Below, in pieces: positions 1 to 10,290 of a stretch of 33,000 nt of DNA; position 1 is the stretch's first letter, and each line of letters begins with the position of its first letter. The stretch is from Hypanus sabinus (lineage: Eukaryota). The notes beneath the pieces are model-generated. The model was not told the DNA's origin. It did no database searches and worked only from the letters and a program-made list of their open reading frames with translations. The position numbers and the translations under genes are program-made. The stretch covers positions 22,661,001 to 22,694,000 of the forward strand of contig NC_082731.1 of NCBI RefSeq assembly GCF_030144855.1. The letters run 5' to 3'.

Positions 1-520
1 GAAGATGAAAGAACTAAGGAGGAAATTTACACCAATTTGGCACACAGAGCTTGCTCCGCTATTTCCTGATGGCTGATCCATTTCTCTTCTCATTCGAAAC
101 ACCGTTATTCACCTCATATCCCCTTTACCCTAACCAAACAAGAATCCATCTACGTCTGTCTTAAATGTAGTTACAGATTTGGCCTAAGCAGATATATGTT
201 GCAATGAATTCCACAGTTTCACCAATCTCGGGCCTACGAAATCCAGCTCTTCTCCGTTCAAGTAGAACGCCCATGCATTTGAGTCTCTTTCTCATTTCCT
301 CTTTTGTCCAATAATCTCATTTTATTATCAGGCCAGCCTCCTGTAGGGAAGCCAATTCTGAATTAACATAGCCAAGTTTAGATCGATGCATATCTTTCCG
401 ATAGAGGATGCATTTGTGAATGATTTTAAGAGAATCCATGCACGCCTCATACTCCTCGTGCATTGAAACGCAGCTCACACTTAAAATATAAAACTTTGTT
501 GTTACGGATCCGCAATTTGG
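1..520 (-). mobile_element. Ancient CR1 LINE 3' end (element 'a', copy 1)
   Basis: Antisense CR1 3'-UTR/C-terminal pattern (gctatttcctgatggctgatcc...aatgaattccacag). 1-330 aligns by eye with 17555-17870. Confidence 0.6.
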
Positions 521-1261
521 ACACAAGACAGTGGGATAACGTAATGGACGTGAGTGGGAAGATCTAATGGTCCTGAGAGTGGAATGATGCAATTGTCTCT
601 TGACATTGTGTGATGCGCTCTCACGTGATGCAATTTCAAAACCGTTTTTAAACAAACCCGCCGGTTTGTGATGCAGTTCGCTTTTTTATTGTTAATGCAA
701 CGTTGTTGCTAATGTCGAGGTGTGAGGCTGCACCGGTTCCTGTTTGTTGTACGTTCTTTATTTTTCCATGGCTATTCAGTATCAGAGAGTGAAGGCATTA
801 ATGGAGTTATCCAGTTCAAACGATTGGTTAAAGTTCATACAGTTCAGCGTTTTGCGGAATGAATAGACTTTTGAATTCATTCAGGAATTGTGGCATGCAT
901 ATTTGAATTGAGCCCTTGTAAATTCAGGGAGGATTATGTAGTGACCACCCACCAGTCAAAAACGTCAGTTCGTTTCGATTTCCTCGTGATTTCTGCGAAC
1001 AAGATATCTCCTGGCTGTTGAATCGGCAGATCGTCTATATTTCGAAGGGAATAATTTGTTTCGTTGAAGTCTTTCCTTACTGACTGTATAAATCAGACGG
1101 TCTTTTGAATTTAAACGCTACAAGTCTGTGCTTGGATGAAAACCCGTTCAGAACAGTTTATAAGTTAGAATGTTTGTGCACCTAAGTGTTAATTTCCGGG
1201 CAAGTTAGTGAGTTTGTTTACTCTTCTATGTTTGAGCAGAGGTTAATATATCTCGGTATTT

Positions 1262-2150
1262 TTTGAAACCCTGTCTCAGTTTTATCTTCATTGCTTCTGC
1301 ATTCGGAACATTGTGCCTGTACTTGTTTAAATTTACAAAAGTCCATACTCCAGTATTTTCAGCTGAACACAGTCGAGTCTGCCCTGATAAGCAGACTTTG
1401 AGCATCTATATAAGTATCTCCTGCATCCTTTTCACACAACTGCCTCCATCTGAACTACAGCGACTAGAAATTCGGGAATTACTGTTGGCGCCGTCCTGCA
1501 ATTAGTACAGTAGTACCATATATTGATCTCAATATCGCATTCTCTGATGCCAAGCAGGGCACATTACTTCTTTTGAGTCCATTCACACATGTCTCCACAT
1601 CCAAGAAAATATGCACTTTTCCCCGCAATGCGTCTGCTCTATGAGTTCAACCTACCACGTACCAGGTAATCGCTAGCCTGGTATATCTTATTGAAATGCT
1701 TCTCATCCCGCTTATGTACATTGAAATCGAAATGTGTTTCTTTGTTTGCCCACCAAAAGCACGGAAATGTCGATTTCGGAAGAGCGAAGAGGATTGAACT
1801 GCCAATTATTTCCAATATATTACCTTCTGCGTTTTTAAGTGCAGCTCCTAACCACAGCCAGTTGCTCAAGCATGGAATCAACCGGCCTCAAGCAATCTGC
1901 TCCAAGTTTTCACTTACGTTGATGCCGTGCCCTATTTAGTATCTTATCTCTCCTTATTTGCGGCGCATCGGAGTTGATATTGTTTGCTTTATTTGTAGAA
2001 TATCGGTTATTGTTATAACGTCTCCACTGGTCTGCTATTGATATATAGAAGCAGAAGTAGGATAGTTGAAACATCGAGTCTGCTGCCCCATGCAATAATG
2101 TCAGATTCAATTTTCCTCGCAGCTCCAGTCTTCTGTCTTCTGCCTATTTC
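1262..2150 (-). mobile_element. Ancient CR1 ORF2 RT C-terminal fragment (element 'a', copy 1)
   Basis: Minus translation WANKETHFDFNVHKRDEKHF...RLNS...KK*CALLGI resembles CR1 WAEKWQMEFNxDKCEVMHF...TLNS...KKAYGMLAFI. Many stops. Paralogous to 18060-18660. Confidence 0.55.
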
Positions 2151-2154
2151 GCCA

Positions 2155-2530
2155 CATATCCTGACTAATCCTATCACATATAAATATTTGCCTTAAACGT
2201 GCAATAAAGTCTTGCCCTCCACAACTGCTTGTTGCTAAGATTTAGAGAGTCATGGCTCTCTGCTGGAACAAATTCCTCCTTATTTTCTTTCTAAAAGGAG
2301 ACCCTAATTCTGAGGTGGGATGTTCTGGTCCTCGATATTCCCATCAAGGAAGGCAACTTCTCTATATCCAATCCATGAAGGCTTTCACCATTGGATAGAT
2401 TTCAATGTGATAACCGCTCGACCTTCCGATTCCTGTGACGATGCACACAGAATCATTAAACGCTCCTTATATTGCAAGGTTTTCAAACCTGAAATGATTT
2501 TCGTGAACGTAGGCTGAGCCCTTCCCAGTT
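2155..2530 (-). mobile_element. CR1 3' coding end (element 'b', copy 1)
   Basis: Minus translation FTKIISGLKTLQYKERL resembles CR1 FTRMxPGLxxLSYxERL. Closely similar to 9165-9436. Confidence 0.7.
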
Positions 2531-3145
2531 TGAATGAATGAATGAAATTTTATTTCGGTCAGTACAAACAAAAAAAAAAGTATCACTTTCAACGTTTATT
2601 TCATAACAATGATTTCATAACGCAATATTCAACAAATTATAATAAAATCTTTTAAACAGACCGAAAGGGTTCAGGCTGAACCTGTAGCTTATTGCGCCCG
2701 ACGCCTCTTACTTACCAAGGGTAATTGATAAGTTTGCGGCCTAATGTAGAAGGCGTCGAATTTAGAAAACTTAGCACATTGTAACCTCCTACCAAATTCC
2801 AAATCCAAGTCTCAATTATTTACATTACCCCCATTCTTGTTCAAATCAATTACATTATATTTGTCCATTAATTGTTAAGTGTGGTACATTAAAAAAATCT
2901 TACTATAACTGTTCCATGGATCCACACCTCTGACTGAAATACAATGTTTATTTTTTAACATTTCATCTTAACCTTTGGTTTTCAAATATACATGTTTCTC
3001 CTAAATCATGTTGACTTCCTCTCCTTTTAACAATTTTGGATACCTTGTTTTAATCGTACTTTTTTTACTTTAGACATAATTTGTATTATTTCAAAATCTA
3101 CGAAATCTCTAAATTCTAGTGTGTTCAGTTGAAATAATGGATTTC
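2531..3145 (-). mobile_element. Crack/L2-group LINE 3' fragment with (ATTC)n tail, nested in CR1 'b'
   Basis: (GAAT)3 tail at 2532-2546. Minus translation includes LEFRDFVDF and KHCISVRGVDPWNS, resembling LKFxDLVDF and CISVxGVKLWN. Confidence 0.6.
2713..2795. mobile_element. Mariner/Tc1 terminal fragment nested in the Crack-like LINE
   Basis: TA followed by ccaagggtaattgataagtttgcggcctaatgtagaagg, resembling a recalled mariner end (TACGAGGGGTGATTGATAAGTTCGTGGCCTAAGGTAGAAGG). Repeated at 9613. Confidence 0.5.
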
Positions 3146-3149
3146 ACTG

Positions 3150-3450
3150 GATTTCAAATCAACCGATTTTGTCCTATCCTGCTTGCTATATCCTCAAAGG
3201 ATACGAACAACATTTTTAGGCAGATTTCCTCCATGACAAATCCCCGCCTACCACTTTTTATTTTTGTAATCGTTTGCATCCCAGTTCACCCGCAACCCAA
3301 TTCTCCTCAATCAAATCAATCATCTTCCTAAACACTGATGTATGACGAACAGGGCCTGTAATTTCCAATACTCTGCCATTCCCCTTGTTCAAAAGTGAAG
3401 TGGCATTTTCAAGGTGTTGACTTCCAAAAAACTGTACAGAACATAATAAT
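3150..3450 (-). mobile_element. CR1 'b' RT fragment (copy 1, after an internal deletion)
   Basis: Aligns by eye with 10905-11190 (aaatcaaccgatt...gtggcattttcaaggtgttg). Confidence 0.65.
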
Positions 3451-3650
3451 NNNNNNNNNNNNNNNNNNNNNNNNNNNNNNNNNNNNNNNNNNNNNNNNNN
3501 NNNNNNNNNNNNNNNNNNNNNNNNNNNNNNNNNNNNNNNNNNNNNNNNNNNNNNNNNNNNNNNNNNNNNNNNNNNNNNNNNNNNNNNNNNNNNNNNNNNN
3601 NNNNNNNNNNNNNNNNNNNNNNNNNNNNNNNNNNNNNNNNNNNNNNNNNN
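3451..3650. other. Assembly gap (200 N)
   Basis: Run of exactly 200 N, consistent with a fixed-size scaffolding join. Confidence 0.99.
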
Positions 3651-4360
3651 AAGGTGTTACTGGTCAGTGACGAAGAGTGCATAAAACAAGAGCTTCACGG
3701 GAGTTTCGATATTCTGGATTCCCTGTCAGCGGCGGTACGTAAGGTGAAGTACCACGATAAAAGATGGGCTACATTCCTGGAATTAGGCCAGCAGGGAGGG
3801 TGGGAGTTTCAAGCTTTGAATCAAGAAGCTTCGACGAGAAGATGTTGAGGCCGAGGAAACAGGTCCGAAGGTTTGTTCTTGGTTTCTCGTTGTGCAGTGC
3901 AGGCAAGGTGCAAGCAAAACAGTAGAAAGCCTCCCAGTAGGAAGTCGGAATTCATGAAATCGGAGAGTCACCCTTGGAACGAGTAACTGTTCGAGGCTAC
4001 CAGGTGAAGGGTTCTAACATGCTGAAAACTATTGATCGGGTGGAGAGCTCTCGGTCTGTTCTTTTTTTTTCAGGGCTGAATTTGCAAATGCGTCGGTGAT
4101 AGTTTTAAGAAGCTTCGGTGTAGGTACAATAAGGGATGTCAGATATAAGCTTTCTTTTTTTTCCCCCCGCATAAAGTGGTGGGTTAGGAATAGACGGCCA
4201 GCTACACTGTTTGAGGCAGATATAATATCATCTTCAAAAAAAAATGTAGAGAAGATAAAAAAAACTACAGAGATGTGCATTTACGGTTTTCTGGACAGTT
4301 ACTACAGTAGATTTGACATTTCGGCACAACATTGTGGTTGTGGACTGCTCCAATATCGGG
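3651..4360 (+). mobile_element. Degenerate CR1 3' end, plus strand
   Basis: Remnants of the CR1 C-terminus (ggtacaataagggatgtcag, tttgaggcagatataata) and the 3' UTR motif ggcacaacattgtgg at about 4323. Confidence 0.55.
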
Positions 4361-4379
4361 AACAATTTTCCTGCCTCTA

Positions 4380-5717
4380 GCCAACGCCTTTATAATCTGA
4401 TAAAGTCCTTCTAAATTACAGTGTATACAACGCCAGCAGCTCAAATCGTTCAACATATGACAGTGCCTCCATACCGGGAATTAACGTATTCAATCTCTAC
4501 TGCACTCTTTCAATATTAAGAATGTCCTTCCCCAAATGTGGATACCCAAACTGCACACGATACTCCAGGTGTGTTCTTACCAGGGCCCTGGACAACGGCA
4601 GAATAACTTTTTGCTCCTATACACAACTCCCCTTCTTGTAATTGTCAAAGTGCCATTAGCTTTCGTCATTGCCTGCTGTACCTGCATGCTTACTTTCAGT
4701 GACTGATGAACATGGACACATGGGTCTCGGTGTACTTTCCCTTTTCCTAACTTGACACCATTCAAATAGTAATCACCCTTTCCTTCATTGCCACCAAAGT
4801 GGATAGCCTCACATTTAACCACATCAAACTCATCTGCCATGCATCAGCCCACTTACTAAACCTGTTCAAGGAACCCAGAATTCTGATAACATCTTCTTCC
4901 CATTTCAAACTGCCATCTAGCTTTGTGTCATCTGCAAATTTGCTGATGTTACTTTCAGTCTCTTCATCCAAGTCGTTAATTGATATTGTAAATAGCTGCG
5001 CACGCAGCACCGTGCCTTGTGGTACCTCAGAAGTCACTGCCTGCCAATCTGAAAGGGACCTGTTATTTACTACACTTTTTTTTTCCTATCTGCTAATAAA
5101 TTTTCGATCCACGTCAGTACATTACATCCAATACCATGTGCTCTAATTTTGACGCTAATCTCCTATGTGGGACCTAAACAAATGATTTTTGAAAGACCAG
5201 GTCTCCCTTGTTCCTTTTCAAAGTAACAACCTCAAGAAATTCCAGATGATTAGTCGAGCATGATTTCCCCTTCGTAAATCCATGCTCATTCGGACCGATC
5301 CTTATAATGCAAACCAAATGTGCCGCTATTTCATCTTTCATAATTGACTCCAGCCCAACAATTGATGTCAGTCTAACTCGCCTTACAATTTCCTGTTTTA
5401 CCTATCCCTCTTGTCTTAAAAGGTGGGATCTACCCTGCAAACCTCAGGAACTAATCCTGATTTTATACAGCATTTGAAAATGTTTATCAATGAGTCCACG
5501 ATTTCTCGAGCCCTAACTTCCAAAGGAAGCAGACTATCAGGCTCTGGGGATTTATCAGTCAGTTCCATCAATCTCCCCAACACATTTTTCCCCTTAATGT
5601 AAATTTCCTTCAGTTCCTCCGTTACCCTAGGTATTCTGGCCACTGTTACATCTGGGAGATCGTTTGTGTCTTCCCTAGTGAAGACAGATCCAAAGTACCT
5701 GTTCGACTCGTCTGTCA
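4380..5717 (-). mobile_element. CR1 ORF2 RT fragment (element 'c', copy 1), 5'-truncated
   Basis: ORFs 4577-4840 (VVKCEAIHFG...HRDPCVHVHQSLKV), 4762-5037 (SEVPQGTVL...SKFADDTKL) and 5416-5886 (YFGSVFTRED...DKSPEPDSL). Frameshifted. Confidence 0.9.
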
Positions 5718-6690
5718 TAAATGAGCTTTGGAATACAGCACGTGGTATTTCAATAAATGAGAGCAAGAGACCAAAATACACTAGCCAGGAAAACCTAAAC
5801 ATGAGATGGTGAAGGTAAAATACCAAAATAGAAGGACGAGGCCAGCTTTCTCGCAGGCATCGATAAGAATATCCTGCACTTCTCACTGAGGAGGAGGAGG
5901 ATTGTCATGAACGGGATGATGGCAAATGAATCATTTTCCTTGGAGACAAGGCACCCTTCATCAAATTCCCCACTTATTGCGATAGAGCATTTGTTCAATA
6001 TTTTCCCCATTATCGTCAACAAACATTGGAAGCGAATTGAAAATTTCTTATATAACGCAGCATCCGCACTTCGGTCCACAGGAAGTTGATGACTTTGCTG
6101 TCTTGCTGATAACCTGAACATCCTGTCACGTCAGCTCAGCCCCTCAAATTACTGTTGCTGGCATTTTACATTGTGGGACTTTTGGATTGACTTCTCGTCT
6201 CAGGTTGCTACGGCTATCGCTGTTTGATGCCAGCTTTAAAACGTTAAACTCCTAGTAAATATTTTGCTTTCACAGAAAGTTATTCTTGTCTGCAAAAAAA
6301 ACAATTCTTCCGAAGGCATTTCGACTGTGTCGAATTTGCTACTGCCGATTAGGTATGGATGGCATAACTGGTTGCGAGAAATGTTATTCTATTGGTCTGT
6401 TATTCATTGATTCACGTTATCAGTTCCATATCATCAATTGCTGAAGATAGCGTACAGTTGTAAGTCCACAAGGGGAGCAGACATATCTGTGAAAGTAACG
6501 TTTTCCTATTCCCAGTTGGAAGTAGTCAACAACAGTTGCTAACAATTGAGAAGCTTTTACTGCAAACATTGCATTGCCAACATTCCTGGGTGCTCTGCTT
6601 CATGTTGGTTGACTTCCTTGAGGGACGAGGTTAATAAAATAGGTTAAACAGTTTTTCTCCGGTTTTCAGGTAATCATTCTGGACACGACA
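5718..6690 (-). mobile_element. Ancient RTE-like LINE, endonuclease/linker region (copy 1)
   Basis: Paralogous to 25024-25900. Minus translation FVDDNGENIEQML resembles RTE WFDENDQEIQELI. Heavily decayed, so the family call is tentative. Confidence 0.4.
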
Positions 6691-6759
6691 CACTATAAGA
6701 TCAATTCGCAAAACTGGATAGGACCGGAGAGGATCAAGAAAAATCAGTTTGTGCATTAT

Positions 6760-7210
6760 GACGATGAAGACCAACACGTGGAAACAACCTGAAGGATCTC
6801 AGCAGGTCGGGCAGCTTCCGCTTAAACGAGTAAGAATGAAGCACTAGAAAAGGGGTGACAGGTGTAAAAGCAATAAAAGGAAAGATCAAGCGGTGGGGAG
6901 GGAACGCAGGGCAGTAAATATGAAGAAGTAATGTCAAGGGAAAACATTAAGAGTAGCAGACGAAGGCAGAATCATGCGAGAATTGATTGGCTGCTGATAG
7001 ACTAGGCAGTGGGAATATGTGATAGGGGACGGGAGATGTTGTGAATTACTGGAAGTTGGAAAATGCGATGTTCATAACTTGCGGCTGGAGACTACTCATG
7101 CTGTATATGAGGTGCTTCTCCGCCTATCTGCGTTTGGCCTCATTATGGCAGTAGTGGAGGCCATAATTGGACATATCCAACTGGGAAATTTGAAGATCAT
7201 GAAGGTTCAT
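6760..7210 (-). mobile_element. Penelope-like element 3' end (GIY-YIG C-terminus and terminal repeat remnant)
   Basis: 7046-7198 minus reads DMSNYGLHYCHNEAKRR*AEKHLIYSMSSLQPQVMNIAFSNFQ*, matching PLE HCxxEAKRKLEEQHLIFRLGSLQPxGMNIxFSNF*. Terminal motif ctcagcaggtcgggcagc at about 6800. Confidence 0.75.
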
Positions 7211-7214
7211 ATTC

Positions 7215-7585
7215 CTGACAGATTTCTACTCTCAACCTGCCCAGACTCTTGTTTCAACAAACCAGTCCTCCTGTGTATGCAGGGCGATGGCACATATATG
7301 GGGACCATTCTGTTCCAGAAGTGAAAAGGCCACTCCAAACGCTGCAGAGTGAAATCTCTTGAGTTATTCATTCTGGCGAAAATGAGAGTCAATAGGAAGT
7401 TTGGAAATGTTAACAATTGCTTGGACCCAACAGCTTCTCTTCAATGTATCATAATAAATCTAACATAAAATGGAAATGGGCTAGAGATACAGGTGTTCCG
7501 TCAGATTTTTCCAATGAGGAACGAGAGAATTGTTTATCGTATTCATCGTCATATTAACAGTGCGGAGGACGGCCGAAGAAACCAT
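7215..7585 (-). mobile_element. RTE-like LINE endonuclease N-terminal remnant (copy 1)
   Basis: Paralogous to 26100-26440 (shared gtcctcctgtgtatgcagggc, ctcttgagtt, ttctggcgaa, aattgcttgga, cttcaatgtatc). Confidence 0.4.
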
Positions 7586-7744
7586 TAGACACGCTATCCT
7601 TGCATTCAGCGACAAAACTATTAATCTCGAGGTGGGAAACTATCAGTGGGTGAACATCTATAGTGAGAAAATAATACGTGGACATACTGCTGGAGTAGCA
7701 GGCCCAAAGGGAAGGAGACAGATATATGGATGGGAATTGATAAT

Positions 7745-8200
7745 AAAATGAGCACACGCAAAAACACAACGAATACAGAAGACGAGAGAGGAAGAAAGAG
7801 GGTAAATAATGGAAAAGATGAAATTACAGTCAGATCAATAGCGGACAAACAGAAAGAGAAACGAAGAAAACGACAAGTAGGTAGAGCGACTGCAGAGACA
7901 GAGAGAATCACTGAGGGGAGAAAGGTAGTAAGGGGGTTGGAGAAAGAGACAATTTGCAATAAAATAAGAGAAAAGTAACAAAACAGCTCATATATAAAGT
8001 AACCAGAAAGAGAGAACCGAAAAAGGGGGAGATATTGATGACGAGAGGAAGTCTGAGAACTGGAGGTATAAAGATAACGAAAGGGATAGAGAAAGAAAGG
8101 GAGTAGAATTCAGCATTATGAAATATAGGGATGCTGCCATAGGCAGAAGTTAAGAGAGGGCGAGAGAGGTTGAGGGAGCAGGGGATGAAGGAGGAAGATT
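7745..8200. repeat. Purine-rich (GA-rich) low-complexity tract
   Basis: Plus strand strongly A/G-skewed (agaaagagaaacgaagaaaacg..., gggatagagaaagaaaggga). Confidence 0.7.
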
Positions 8201-8579
8201 CTGTTATCTTTCATCAGGGTGACAGAGAAGCATACCTGCCACAGTACGTTTGGATATTCAAGCTTCGGCTCAGTTAATGGTTGAGAAAGGACAGACAAAA
8301 CATTGCAATATACATATTTGAAAGGGCATGCTACATTTCTTACAGCAGCCTCAGAAATGTCCGTCATTTGTCCTGTAATATGTCCAGTATTCACCAGATT
8401 GTCTGCCCAAGTTTTAAGGTGAGCTGTTGAAAGATTGAAGGATTTCACGTAAATATTTTTGGGAGACTCTATGTCGTATTGCCCCGTATATCTCCATGCC
8501 GTCGAACGCAACCTACCTTGGCGCGTATACTCATAACGCTACACTGGGTGTTCTTAAGCTCAGTTAGCACTAAAACATC

Positions 8580-8759
8580 AACAGATAGCGAATGAAGGAG
8601 AGAAAGAATATGAGCGCACACACAAAGACACACAAACACAAGAGAGTTCTAATAGAGACAGACGTACAGATGCAGACACCGATGCACAGAGAATGAAGCA
8701 ACTATGGCAAGTGCGTAAGGACCGAAACCGAGAAGTATGTATATATATATATATATATA
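8580..8759. repeat. Degenerate CA/GA microsatellite followed by (AT)n
   Basis: cacacacaaagacacacaaacaca, and perfect (AT)n at 8740-8759. Confidence 0.75.
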
Positions 8760-9436
8760 CCAATATTCGGACAATACCTTCACCATACAGAATTACAGTT
8801 CGTCTGTGATGTCGCCAATTTATTTCAGCATTGTTAGACTCTACGAGAAATCCATATATTCGTGTTTTTAATATATGTCTCAGGAACGAACCGAAGTCTG
8901 CGAATAGCCATTTAGTTATCGTTGCTTTGCTGAAAGTCGGCAAGAGGCTTTCTTTTACTATTTGCACCGTGTATCGCTTTGGCATGTCGATCGACTGTAC
9001 CACGGAAAATGTATTTTCGAGAGCTGCAGGCTGATGTCCTCAGTTGGCTGCCTCAGACATGGAACGGAGTGTGACGCTCTTTCCTGGAGGTACGGGGACG
9101 TGTCGCATCTGGGGCAATAGGCGGAGCATGTATCAGGAGGCAGTGTTCCCTTTGGGCGCTTTCATTTAATCGCTCTCTGCTGGAAGAAATTCCTCCTCAT
9201 TTTCTTTCTAAAAGGAAACCTTTATTCAGAGGTGGTGTCTTCTGGACCTCGATATTCCCAGCAAGGAAAGCTCCTCTAGATATCCGATCCATGAAGGCTT
9301 TTACCAATAGATAGATTTCAATGTGATAACCCCTCGACCTTCTGACTTCCTGTGACGATGCACACAGAATCAATAAACGCTCCTTGTAATGCAAGGCTTT
9401 CAAACTTGAAATGATCTTCGTGAACGTCGGCTCAGC

Positions 9437-10290
9437 AAATGAATGATGTTTTATTTTGGTCAGTACATACAAACCAAAAAGTATCATTTTCAACGATTAT
9501 TTCTTAACAATTATTTCATCAAACAATATTAAACAAATAATAATAAAATATTTAAAACAGACTGAAAGTGTTCAGGCTGAATCTACAGGTTATTGCGCGG
9601 ACGCCTCTTACTTACCAAGGGTAATTGATAAGTTAGGGGCCTAATGAAGAAGTTGCGATTTTAGAAAAATTATCATGTTTATCTATCAACATTGTACCCT
9701 CTTACGAAATCCTAGCCAAGTATAATTTATTTACATTACTACTATTCTTTCTTAAATCAATTATTTTATATCTGTTCATTAAATTATTTTAAATGACTTT
9801 TTTAGGCTTGTTATGTGTGGTACATTAAAAAAAAATCTTACAACAACTGTTCCATGGATCCACCCCTCTGTCTGAAATATAATGTATTTTTTTAATATTT
9901 CATTTTAACCTTTGGTATTGAAATATATATGTTTCTCTTAAATCATGCTGACTTCCTGTCATTTTAAACAATTTTTGGATACTTTGTTTAAATCCTCCAT
10001 TTTTACTTTATACCTAATTTGTATTTTATTTAAATCTACGGAATCTTTAAATTCTGACGTGTTCAGTTGAAATACTGGATTATTTCACTCATAATTACTT
10101 GTCTTATTTACATTTCGTATGACTATCTTTTTGGAGTAGAAGGATGTTTTCAAAGTATCTCCCAATACCCCTACACCGTAAATCATGTATGGGTCTAAGG
10201 CAAAAATATAGTGTGCACACAAACGCCTGATATAAGAAATATTGCGCTTTGTACAGTATTGCAATAGTTTTCAGCCCATACTTTGCTTTC
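9437..10290 (-). mobile_element. Crack/L2-group LINE 3' fragment nested in CR1 'b' (copy 2, longer)
   Basis: Minus translation KTIAILYKAQYFL...PYMIYGVGVLGDTLKT...LLQKIVIRNVNK resembles KSIAILYKAK...LPYLxYCVEVWGNTYKT...LQKRAIRII. Confidence 0.65.
9613..9706. mobile_element. Mariner terminal fragment (paralog of 2713-2795)
   Basis: Identical left context acgcctcttacttaccaagggtaattgataagtt at 2701 and 9601. Confidence 0.5.

Noticed and set aside
587-734. Shared 13-mer atgcaattgtctc with 21376-21388 and a nearby gctgcacc
   Set aside because: Several exact 13-mer matches are expected by chance in 33 kb, and the motif spacing differs (140 vs 84 bp).
6760-6900. Hammerhead ribozyme in the Penelope terminal repeat
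   Set aside because: The CTGANGA...GAAA core is missing in this copy. Other CTGATGA/CTGACGA sites (8211-8217 minus, 21091, 26505) lack convincing stems.
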